Source: Balanoglossus misakiensis
Lineage: Eukaryota; Animalia; Hemichordata
Direction: 5' to 3'
DNA length: 64,000 bases
Assembly (NCBI GenBank): GCA_040954595.2
Contig: JBECUI020000026.1
Span: 1 to 64,000 of the forward strand
The position numbers were made by a program, and so were the translations under genes. The notes below the pieces were generated by a model. The model searched no databases. It worked only from the letters and a program-made list of their open reading frames with translations, and was not told the origin of the DNA. Below are positions 1 through 11,658 of this stretch, piece by piece (positions within the stretch are counted from its first letter, which is position 1; every line of letters begins with the position of its first letter).

Positions 1-49
1 GCCCAAATATTCCCATACAGCAGTTCCAAATTAAAACGTCAAGGGTTTT

Positions 50-185
50 ATGTTTATTTAGTTTAAACCCACATTTTCCCTGCTGCGTGCTAGTTCAGGG
101 GCCAGTTTTAGCAGTGCTCTATTGAGTATTCTAGCATCGTTGCACTCCTGTCCAATCAGTATGACGGAGGTATCATGATATAAAT
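50..185. repeat. Dispersed repeat fragment, second copy at ~3620-3750
   Basis: tagttcaggggccagttttagcagtgctctattgagta...gtccaatcag is shared between 90-160 and 3653-3726. Confidence 0.75.
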
Positions 186-429
186 TATAATATAATTTCT
201 GATTTTGTATTCAGATTGAAGAGAATAAATTTCAACACTCTCTCCCGAGCTGGCATATCTGAACCTAAATATTCCACACCACGCATAATCGACTTATAGT
301 AGACAGTGCGTATACATGGATCATCTTATTGTTAAGTTCAGTTTTGGGCTAAATTTGCCAAATTGTGGCAACCCTGTCTTTCAATATCATCAATTTAATT
401 GACATTATATGGTTATGGCGTTTTAAATA

Positions 430-1925
430 TGCATATACAACATCAGAACACAAAAGGCAAAAACATCAATTATATTTGTTTTCTGAAAATGCCTATTGTT
501 GACCAAAAGATGGCTAAATGGCAATTTTGTACTGAGCGGGGTGTCTCAATAAGACCGTTGTGCTGGTATCAGCATATTTTTTGCACACACACACACAAAA
601 AAAAACGAATTTACATACATCACAAGGGCTCTGAATATAAAGGAATAAGTTTGTATTTATTTTTTCTAACAGTTACCTTTTTGAGCAAAGAGGCCAAAAT
701 GATATTTTTTTCCCTCAGTGGGGTCAGTAAGAGTGGGTTTTTTAGTACTTTTATTTATCATTTGATCACCAATGGGAAGAAAATGGCATAATTTTCGTAT
801 TTTCTAGAAATGACACTTTTTGAGCAAAAACTTGCCAAAAAGGCACTTTTATCTTGAGTGGCATCAATAAAACTGCTTTTTTGGAAATTTTTCACATACA
901 GTGGGCATATAATTCATTATCAGATCTCCGAAAGTGAAGAAAATATATAAATTTTGAGTGTTTTCTGAAAATGACGTTTTGGGGGCAAAAAGTGGCAAAA
1001 TGGCATTTTTTCTTGAGTAGGATCAATAAGACTGTTATTTCTGGAATCAGCACCATTTTTTACATAGGATGAACATTTCATATATCACATGATCTCTGAG
1101 CTTTATGAAGAAAAGTTTGTTTTTAAATTTTTTTCTAAAAATGGCCTTTTGGGGCAAAAACTTTCCAAAAGGGCATTTTTGCATTAGGTTGGGTCAATAA
1201 ATCTGCTTTTTTCGAATAATCACCAGATTTTACATAGGGTGGGCATATAATACATTATCAGATCTCCGAAAGTGAAGAAAATATATAAATTTTGTGTGTT
1301 TTCTGAAAATGACGTTTTGGGGCAAAAAGTGGCAAAAATGGCATTTTTTCTTGAGTAGGGTCAATAAGACTGCTATTTCTGGAATCAGCACCATTTTTTA
1401 CATAGAATGGACATTTCATATATCCAATGATCTCTGAATATGATAAACACAATTTATTTTTAGTTTTTTTGTAAAAATGACCTTTTTTGACCACAAAAAG
1501 TGGCCAAAAATGGCATTTTTGTATTGATTGAGGTCAAAAAGACTGCTTTATTTTTTAAAGTCACCACTTTTAACATAGAATTGACTTTCCATATATCACC
1601 AGATCAATCATTATGAAGAAAACCGTGTGTTTTATTTTTTTTCTAAAAATGACGTTTTTGGGGCAAAAATTGGTCAAAAAGGCAATTTTCTGTTGTTTTG
1701 GGTCAATCGAACTACTTTTTTCGTAATATTCACCAAATTTTACATAGAATAAGCATATCATATGTTATCAGATCTCAGAATGTGACGAAAACAATGTGTT
1801 TTTAGTGTTTTCTAAAAAAAGACCATTTTGGGGTTAAAAATGGCCAAAATGGCAATTTTGTCTTGAGTGGGGTTAATAAGACTGACTTTTTTGGAATGAG
1901 CACCATTTTTTACATAGAATGGACT
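430..1925. repeat. ~170-bp tandem satellite, about 9 diverged monomers with ~338-bp dimer structure
   Basis: Motif gggtcaataagactgct recurs at ~541, 721, 861, 1021, 1191, 1360, 1531, 1701 and 1871. cagatctccgaaagtgaagaaaatatataaatttt occurs at 921 and 1259 (offset 338). Confidence 0.85.
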
Positions 1926-4555
1926 TCTCAAACCTTCCTTACCAAAAATTCTGATTAACGGCACCTATCTCATAGTGTAACCAGACTACAAGTGAAGAAC
2001 CCCAGTAACAGACGTAACGAACAAACAAACTACATGTACTAACAACAAAGCAAGAAAAGTGTCAAGCGTCGTCAAAGAAAACGAAATAGTTCTAGCATGG
2101 TTGGTAAAAGTTATTGGTAGAAAACGAATAGGGCCTTCTACAAATGACGTCTCAGACCCGCAAACGCCACCAGAACACAAAACACATGCACAGAACAGTT
2201 TAAGCCATATGTTGTATGGAGCAGCAATAATCTGCAGTTGGGCCGTCGTAGATTTTCGCTGGTGGTGAAAATAAATAAAACACGATCGATGTTCGATTTA
2301 TTCCAGATCACATGCGTTTACGGCCAGAAGAGAGCATAAAAGTCTTCAAATGACCATGTGGTGGCGCACTTTTTCCGATTGGCTGTATTTCAATTTGTTC
2401 GTGGTAAATTAATTTTGTGGAGGTGACCGGCACTGAAGCTCTTAGCTAGGATGAGGTGGGATGGAAAAATGCCCCATTTGACTCATTTTAGCTGTTTTAA
2501 AATATACGACTATTTATAGACAAAAGGAAAATAAAACAAGCGCAAAAACATACCAAACCTAGTTTTATTAATTACAAAAAAAATTGCTGAGTAAAGGTTT
2601 TCATGTGGGCATTCACTTTGAACTTGCTAAATTAATTTAAAGAGACAAAGTCGCTCTCTCTTTGTCCTTTTGCGATGATGGAATGCTTGCTTGAAGTCTC
2701 TCGTGCAATAAATGATGTCGATTCATACATGTATGGATGGTGTATAGGTGGTCGGAATTTACATGTCTTTGCCACGTCCAAACCAAAAACACATAAAATC
2801 AAACTTTGGGTCATGAAATCGAGTTTTGTTACAGTCTAGAATTTCATGCCACCCCTTTTGGTCATATTATTCTTGGTAGGCAAAAGTGACAAGTAGTCAA
2901 GTTTCAACACAGGCAACATTTTTACAAACAAACCACAAAGAAGACATTAAAAGGGAGAGAATTATAGAATGGTCAATGTGTGAATAGTTAAGATACGTAA
3001 AGTGGCCGGGTTCAACATAACATTAACTCATCGACTTCATATCGTCTTCATGCCATGGTTTTGCCTGCCCTGAAAGTTCTTGTCGTTGCAGAAGTGGTTT
3101 TGACAGAAAGAATTTAGTCTTCCGGGATGTTTGTGATTATTTGAACACCAGACAATACAATGCAACCTTGACTTCCAAAATACTTACCGGCATTGCATTA
3201 TCTTACCATGGTTAGGCCTACAGAGAACAAATTTTCAACAATATTTTCTGAGTTACCGCTGATATTTGTTTTGTAGTATGGATATTAAATTATACATCCC
3301 GATACAAAACAGAATGTTATAGAATCCTTCCTGAGTGATATTGAAAAAAATACCGGAATGCTATAGCCTAATCTATGGTTAGGGTTATTGCTATTATTTT
3401 ATATCAGTAATCGACTTTGTGTATATCAATGTCATTTTCATAACGAAAATGAACTCGAGTCTAATGTAAACGTTACGAATTGATCGAAAGGCGCTCTGAT
3501 GAATGTTAACACGAGTGCGCAATGACAAGACATGCATCGTGCATGACAGTGACAACAGTTCCAATAGAGCAGTTAAAAAATAAACCGGCCGTCCGTAAAT
3601 TTATCAGCTATATTTTTTTTTATTTAGTCACGTTTTCCCTGTTGCATGCTATTAGTTCAGGGGCCAGTTTTAGCAGTGCTCTATTGAGTACTTTCGTATC
3701 GATGGATTGATCTCTCGTCCAATCAGAATGGCGGATGGTAGCATGATCCTACATATTGCGTATTACAATAGGGCTTCCTCATACAGGTCAGAACAGAGAG
3801 GTCATTCCTTTTATTTTAGGACGTCTCAGCTCCTTTGTCTTTTCTGTTATTTTTTGACAAATGCGGATTGACGTTCCATTTCCAATTGGCGATAATTATA
3901 TTTATTTGTATTTCATTGCATAAGCGCTTGCTAGTCGTTTTTTAGCAATTTTTTTTGTAGTACAAAAACACTGAAGAAAACGAAATATTTTATTCATTCG
4001 CACTTCCAAAGAACACCGTGACATAATTCCTCAATTTGCATTTCAGTGTGTGTGTCTGGTGTGTCTGCATTGACGTGAGGCGCATTCTCCACCCGCACAC
4101 ATACGTTGCATTGCATTCTTTGACTAATTAGTGTTACGTCATGTTGAAGCAGGATTCTGATTGAGTAGTAAGTAAGTTGCATAATTGACGCACAGCTGGT
4201 GCCTCGTTCTCGTACCGCTGACCATTGCATTTGAAAAATCATTGCAGCTTTGACGTTCATCAAGCATGGAGGTCCCGGTCGCCTCCATGCTTGATGATGT
4301 CGTTTCTCTGGTAAGCATGGCATTTAATGTTATTTTACAAGTACATGTACACTCCTTCTCGCAAAAACTGGTCGTGGTAGGGCGAGAGGGTCCCCCCAAC
4401 ATCGAAATTCTGACTTTGGGAAGCGTTACAGCACCAAACAGTAAACTCACAGTCGCATGGAATTTGTGCGTTATATTACACCGTGCGAGTAAATTGTACG
4501 TCGTTCGTTGGCTCGAGTCAGCTTTGTTATTGTGGAGCAGGTGGTACCGTAACAC

Positions 4556-4969
4556 CACAGGGGGCTCTCCCTAGGCGATTTTATTGTTTGTTTGTTGTTG
4601 TTGATTGGCATAATAAACAAATGCATATTTCTTTATTAATAAATATGGTTTGTTGACATGTAAGGGTTAGGTTATTAGGGTATATTTGACAGGTTATGGT
4701 ATATTCAACGGTTAGAATTAGTGTTGGCATTTTTTCGATCCATGGCCGGCATCACCCCCCCAAACCCCCACCCCCCACCCCCTGTGGCTTAGTGATGCCC
4801 GGGGCCGTGGATCGAAAAAAATGCCAACAGTAACCCTAACTGTTGAATATACCCTAACACTTACATGTCAACAAACCATATTTATTAATAAAGAAATATG
4901 TATTTGTTTATTATGCCAATCAACAACAACAAACAAACAATAAAATCGCGGAGGGAGGAGCCCCCTGTG
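4556..4969. mobile_element. Palindromic MITE, P-element-like termini
   Basis: Ends are CACAGGGGG...CCCCCTGTG with ~190-bp imperfect TIRs. The flanking 7-bp direct repeat GTAACAC lies at 4549-4555 and 4970-4976. CANRG termini with a 7-8 bp TSD are typical of the P superfamily. Confidence 0.8.
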
Positions 4970-5125
4970 GTAACACACTACAGTATAACTTTTAAGGCAA
5001 AGCGATAGCGAATAAACTGACCAGGGTTGGTTTTGTTGTTGGGGAGATTTTTGGCACCATTGAGACTGTTATAAGCTACCAGTGGGAGCTATGGTATAGC
5101 CGTTAACACGCAGCCCTGCCACGCA

Positions 5126-8100
5126 GAGCTTCTATGACTGGTTACTAACTTCTATGTCTATTTGATTCACAGATGCTGCCTGAAACTGTCTGCGTTTCAA
5201 CTCGGGATTCTCTTCCTTGTCCGGGGCGAGTTTAAGACCGCTCAATGGTAAGCATGACTTGCTTTATATTTGCTTTTATCGGGTGTTGCAACCGAAACAA
5301 TAGGAAGAAATGTATGTCTACGAACTAATTTACATATTCCAGCTTTCAATACAATGTACCTGTTTTTTCCCCTTCGAATTCTGGCCTCGATTGCTTGTGA
5401 TATGATCGTGATGTCATGAACTAGATGGACAACTCACAAGTTCAAATCTTCACGTGGAGCATAAAATAAATGTGGATGCATTTCCTTAAAGGGACAAAGT
5501 CTCTCTCTCGCTGCCCTTTTTTCCATTAATTATATTTGATACAAGACACCGTTTGTTATTCTACATGTAGATATATAGTGAATGAACGTTCAGCCACACA
5601 CAACTTCCGTCCCACTTGTAGACACGAGAGTAAAAATACTCGCCAAAATGAATAATCGTTCTTTACCATTTATTCATTTTGGGCGAGTTTTTACTCTCAT
5701 ATCATACAAGCGGGATGGAAGTTTTGTGTGGTTGATCATTTATTCACTATATATCCAAATGTACATTGACATAAACAGTGTCTTGTATCAAACATAATTA
5801 ATGGAAAAAGGACAGCGACAGAGAGACTTTGTCCCTTTAACCATATAGCTAAAATTACTCCCATATCAATACACAGGGAGATACTTTAACTTTGGCTGAA
5901 CGTGTGCTAGTCCAACACTATGCTTAATCAAACTGGCTAAGAGATCTGTTATTATATTAGACGCATGAAGGAAAGTAATGTTGTTTAGAGTGAAATAAAA
6001 CAATACTTTAGGCCAGAAAGAAAAATGTAAATCATGACACAAACAGGCTGGAAATTTTTTCTGACCCTATATTATACCATGTTTTGCATATTTTCACTAA
6101 TTTGTATGGCCCACATAATTCTAAAGCAAGGTTGATTGGTTACTAATTAATATTTGCATATATTTGATTCACAGTCTTAAACACAGCATTTCAACGTATG
6201 CCGGAGGAGGAAGAGAATACCTAGGCCTGATCCAAGACCGCTTTCCGGTAAGCACACCTTGCTGTATACATGCTCCATAGCTTGTTTGTAAATGCTACCT
6301 TTTCCCATCAAATAGTGAAGTCACCCTTTTAAAATTATGGTGGTGGCAAGCCACAACTGGTTATCATGAAGAGTTGGACACCACTAATAATCATTTTAAT
6401 ATTTTCCAATTGGTAACCTTTATGTACCACTATCCTCAACAATTTCAGTCAACAAGATTCATATTGCGCTGTATAGCAAGGCCAAACAAATATGACTGAT
6501 TGATAGGGATTTTTCTGAAAATGTGACAAAATCAACAAATAAACAATAATCAGTCACCAATCATGCATTATGTGTTATTCGAGGGAACCTGAGCGGGTCC
6601 CATAAACCTGCCAACCCATGCTAGCCATGACTTTACAAATGTTTCCGTCATACTATGCAGAAAATTCTGGCTGCCTTAAATAGGTTTTTCACTTTGCGCT
6701 AGGTGTCAAATCTCATTGCATTCTGGGCGGAAAGTCCATAACCAACTGTAGTAAGAGATAGAAGAAATGATATGTTTACTGTATTTCATGACTTCCTTCG
6801 GTCAAACATTTCTGTCTCGGTAGTTAGCATATTAAACTTTTTTTCACTTTTGCTATTTTTTCTGTTAAAAAGTTCAAGAATGACCCATCATCATTTTAGC
6901 TTATGAACTCCCATTTCTTTAACATGGCAAAAATCGGCCATCTTGAAATTATCGACCGTATGAGATTTTCATCACTCATTTAGGGTAGCTTAAAACGTGT
7001 TTAAAGTAGGGAGAATTGTATAGGCAAGACTTGGGCTGTAAATTTGATGAAATAGCTACATGACTATTGTTCACAAGCAGCTGACTGTACTGTAAGACTG
7101 GAAGTGTTGTGTACATATTTTACATATTAAATATTTGTAATTAGACCATGTCATGTATATCTTGGGGATTGCTCGATCACAATGTCTCTGCTGGTACAAT
7201 GTCCTTTTAACATGTTCAGTAATATGGTAGTAATTGAAAGTTTGTGTGCGGCATTTGTAAATTATTTACAATTTATAAATTATTTTGTAAGTTTCTTCAT
7301 TCTCAAATTGCTTGCCTAACGTACTGCATTAACATTTAAATTTTGGTATGATTTTGAGTAGACTTTTTGTTTCAAAATTATTTTTGACACTTTTGGGTGA
7401 TATGATTTTACATGGAAAATCTGATTTCCCTGTAATTCGGTTGACAGGATTTTCATCATATCTCTAAATCATGAAGTACATGTATCAGACTTGCATCAGG
7501 CCCCCAAAATTCTAGTCGCCTTTGGCAAGTAATATTAGCCATTGATCTGGGAAAGTTACAAAAATGTGTTGTCCAAGGACGTTGAAGGTACATGTGGTTT
7601 TTACACTTGCTGCATGTTTATAATTTGCAATAGAAATAGACACTCAGTGCCAGCCCACTATCCCGTCTCCTTATTGCTGACTTGTATGTATGTACGTATG
7701 TACGCATTTTATCAGAATTATTAGGTCCCATTTGGTATATGTATTTATACCATGGTACCTTACGGGATCAGTTGCACCTGTATGTATGGATGTTTGTATG
7801 TCCATCAACATCAAACATTTGGAAACTACTGGCATTTCACCTTGATATTTAATGTGCAGACAGGGCAGTAGATGGGAGTTTGTCTAAGTGAAGTTGTCAT
7901 TGCCAAAATATGCAAATTAGCTGGGAAAGTGTCAAATTCGTCAAAACTTGGGAACTCAACAACTACTGGGCAAATTGCTTTCAAAATTGATAATTGGTAT
8001 GCATGTACCTTATGGTATCCTCTCACAATTCTACATGTTGTGAGCTAATAATGTGAATTTTCTATTTTTAAGCATTTTTTTTGTCTCTTTCCACATTGTC

Positions 8101-8180
8101 GGTAAAAACCTACTTTTCTGGAATTGATCAGCTGACTTGTTTGAAATTTATTATGAAGCTTCATAGGTGATCTGAGTTAC
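5126..8180 (+). repeat. Segmental duplication copy 1 (copy 2 at 11611-~15395)
   Basis: Collinear high similarity from agagct.ctatgactggttactaac (5126/11611) to gaagcttcataggtgatctgagtta (~8160/~15375), with copy-specific indels and TE insertions. Confidence 0.9.
5490..5836. mobile_element. Palindromic MITE with TTAA TSD (Kolobok-like)
   Basis: TTAA|AGGGACAAAGTCTCTC...GAGAGACTTTGTCCCT|TTAA. The empty site ttccTTAAccatatag is present in the duplicated copy at ~11951-11968. Confidence 0.9.
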
Positions 8181-11120
8181 CAACCATAGTTTTGTTTAAA
8201 TTGTTGCCAAAAATTGCGTATTTATAATTTTGGAGCAATTTTTAGGTCCCATTTGGTTTATGTACATATATACGATTGGGACCTTATGGAATCAGTTGCA
8301 TTTGTATGTATGAGTGAATGGATGAAAACCGCTGGGCATATCACTTCCATATTTAGTGTGTAGATGCAGGCGGGGCTGTAGATGGGATTTTGTTCAAATG
8401 AAATTGTCATTGCCAAAATATTACCTGTGTAAATGTGAAATTGGTCAAAAGTCAGAAACTTGACAACCACTGGTCAGATTGGTATGTGAATGAACCCCAT
8501 ACAGTCCTGTATGTTGTGAGCTAATATTATGAATTTTCTAATGTTTATTAATTTTTTTTGTCTTTTTCCACATTATTGGTAAAAAAAAATCTTCACTTCT
8601 GAAAGCGATAGTCCGACTCCTTCGAAATTTAGTATGAAGCTTCCTATGGGTGGTCCGAGTTACCATATTTTTTGTTCAGATTGTTGTAAAATAGGCATAT
8701 TTATAATTTTGAGCAATTTTGCCAATTATGGTCAGAATGCTTTGCAATTTGGTAGGCAGATTCCCAGGGGTAACCCAAGGAAGATGTCATAAAAATGGTT
8801 AAAACTGCGTGCTTGTGTTATTGGGGATATTTTTTGCAATCTTTGTCAAAAACTGTTTTCTGTTAAACCGTTCAAACCCTTGTCAGATTGCTTTGAATTT
8901 TGGCAGGAATGTTCCTTGTAGTGATTGAAGTAAGATGGTGTACAATTATAGAGATGTTTGCATATTTGTGTTTTTGCCACTTTTGAACAAATGTGTTTTT
9001 CTTTGAAACTGCTTTTTTGATGGCTTTGAAATATGGTAGGAATATTCCTAGGGGTAACCCAATTTTTAGCTCACCTGAAAATCACGTGAGCTTATAGTTT
9101 AGCGATGTCTGTGTATGTGTGTGTCTGTCTGTATACCCGATATCGCAAGAACCGCTGAACCGATTTCAACCAAATTTAGTACACAGGTTCAGATATCATA
9201 TGGCAAGAACTGGAAAGGTTTTGGTGGGTGTGGCTTTGATATTAATGAAGTTATTAAAGTTTTAATTTTTCTATTACATGGTTGTCTATGAGAGCTTTCG
9301 TTAATGCTGCATATATGACCAGTGGAAACGATAGTTTGAGGAGATCGACTGTTTGAGGGCGCTGTGAAATGAGACATTCCTGGCGATATTGCCGTGGTTC
9401 TGTCCATGCTCAGACGCTGTACCCGTCGTTACGAATAACTTCCCTACGTGAATCCACAAGGAAGCTAACGTTGTTTAGTTGCTTCATAGAGCGTAAATTG
9501 TTAATCTACAGGACCGTCAGACGAATACTCTTTTCAAATGAAGTTTGAAACTACTTACGAGTAACTTAGTGGAGACAATATGGCGGATAGTTGGCGTGCA
9601 GCCGAATCCGCGTTATGACTATGACGTGACCCATTCATCAAGACAAACCGTAAATGATTCACGCATATTGTGGTCCTCACGCAGTCAATCTCAAAATGTC
9701 ACCAGGCTTTCTATTTGTCTATTGTTCAGAGAAAAATAACATGGCGGTTGATCACACTCAACAGTAAAATCCGTTTTGTGTGTTTATAGACAGTCTGTTA
9801 TCGCCAATACTATATAGCGATTGCTAGATGGCCTACCCAATATGTAATCGAGCGAGAATGATAACATTGAATGTCTGTTCAGATCACATTCCGTACGTCA
9901 TACGTCAACATTTCGATTTCGATTTAATCCATTCATAAAGAATTTAGAGAAAGTCGTCTTGAATTGTGACCCCGACTATCAATTAGTTTACGATGATTTT
10001 TTGGCGACGGAATACACGAGACGCCATTGCATAACTACGTCAGCTGGACTTCCAAGGTTACCATTTTGTGTGTATGGAATCTTATCACAGAGCCTACGTA
10101 CTTTGACAATATGCCATGCTATATCAATGACGCCCCAGAAAATTTGTCAAAAAATGAATTTGTCTTCTCATGGTGGTGCAATATATTTTAATGTCTATTT
10201 TGAGGTTGATTTTGGTTTTTGGCTAACATGTATATAAATGTCAGCTTATAGCATAAGTTGGTGTCCGTCGGCTATGTATGTCTGTATGTGTGCCTCATAC
10301 AGAATTATGTATTTTGTGAATGGATCAGTTTCGTCTTAATGTATTGATGTATGTATGTGTATGTCCATCAACATCAAAAACTTGAAACTACTGATATTTA
10401 GTGTGTACATAGAAATTGTTATTGCGAAAAAATGCATACTGGTATTAACTGGAAAAATGTTCAAATAGTCAAAATTGAAAAACTTAATAACAGCGGATCA
10501 GATTAAGTTAAAAATTGGCGTGCATTGGTGTGCAAGTACTTTGGGAAGACCTCGTATGATTTTGTTCAGGTGGAGTCAGTATCTGGCGTTTCCTATTTTT
10601 TATGAATTTTTGGGGGAATTTTCTGCAGTTTTGTTAAAAAAAATTTTTCTCTGAAATTACATGTCCAATTGATTGGAAACTTGGTATGGAGGTTCATAGG
10701 GCTTACCTGAATCACATTTGTGCAAACGGTGGTGAACTTTGCAAAAATGCATTTTTGGGCAATATTTCCTGTTTTTGCCAAAAAATCCAATCCTGTGAAA
10801 TGTAGGTGCAATTGTTTTGATACTTTGTATTTGGGTTTCTAGGGGTGATCTCAGTCAGATATGATCAAATTGTAATGAAATTTGCATAATTGTATTTTTT
10901 GGGAATTTCTGCAGGGTTTGGCCAAATAGTCTTCGGTAATACCACAAGTCCAATTGGTTGGAAACTTTGAATGGGAATTCATATATGTGATATCAGTCAG
11001 ATTTGTCTGAATTTCCTGTTGTTTGCCAAAATGTCTACCTTATTGAAACTTGTTAAAGAGGTTCTTAGGCATGAACAGAAATCAGATTTGTTGAAATCTG
11101 GTGAAATATTCATACTTTTT
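7720..11120 (+). mobile_element. Cluster of Helentron/DINE-like non-autonomous repeats
   Basis: Heads ttttaggtcccat...atgggaccttat or ttttagctcac...gtgagcttat (short inverted repeat) followed by (tgta/tgtc)n microsatellite at ~7722, 8243, 9065 and 10240. Bodies share gaaatttagtatgaagcttc. Confidence 0.6.
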
Positions 11121-11658
11121 GGTATATTTCTTGCCATTTTTGATCAAAGAGTTTTAGAATTCCATAGACTTATTATTTTTATGCAGTTCAGGATGGGGTA
11201 CATGACTCATAACCCCTTACAAAAATTGACAAGGCAACAATTCCACAAACATGTTTACATTTCACAATGGTGCAACACACAACCCTTACACCATATACAC
11301 TATAAACCAAAATGGTTTAAAACTGGTTTTTCTAATCTTGTTATTCTGTCAACCAATCACAGTACTGCACGTGAGCATATTCAGTTAATATCTGGTTCCT
11401 GATTGCTTTGGAAGTTAGTTAACAATTTCATAACACATGTACATGTATGTGCAACTTTGATTAAATTCTGGTTGTCAATATTTAGGTAGTTTGTTGTAAA
11501 TTTCTTTGTTTTTGGATAGCAAATCTTTTTAACCAATTGCTCAGTTTCTTTGAAAGTTACTGTTAACAAGGAGAGTTAGTACACCCAACTTAGACTTTTA
11601 CACCCAACTTAGAGCTACTATGACTGGTTACTAACTTCTATATCTATTTGATTCACAG

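Larger units (their letters stand above)
4248..6247 (+). ncRNA. Putative spliced structured (non-coding or small-peptide) transcript; exons X 4248-4310, A 5173-5247, B 6175-6247
   Basis: Each exon has a branch-point-like motif (gctgac, tactaac, tactaat), a (c)AG acceptor and a GTAAGC donor. Exon X holds a 16-bp perfect hairpin, and A and B are complementary over 24 nt. No transcript data are available. Confidence 0.5.

Noticed and set aside
4660-4860. Telomere-like ttaggg/ccctaa words
   Set aside because: They are isolated words inside MITE arms and do not form an array.
5084-5128. tRNA-Gly-like fragment (tggtatagccgttaacacg...ctgccacgc)
   Set aside because: The anticodon stem is poor and there is no T-arm or B-box. 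At most it is a truncated SINE head.
4302-5202. Hammerhead-like CTGATG...GAAAC created at the X|A splice junction
   Set aside because: A9 is replaced by C, there is no stem II, and stem I cannot form.
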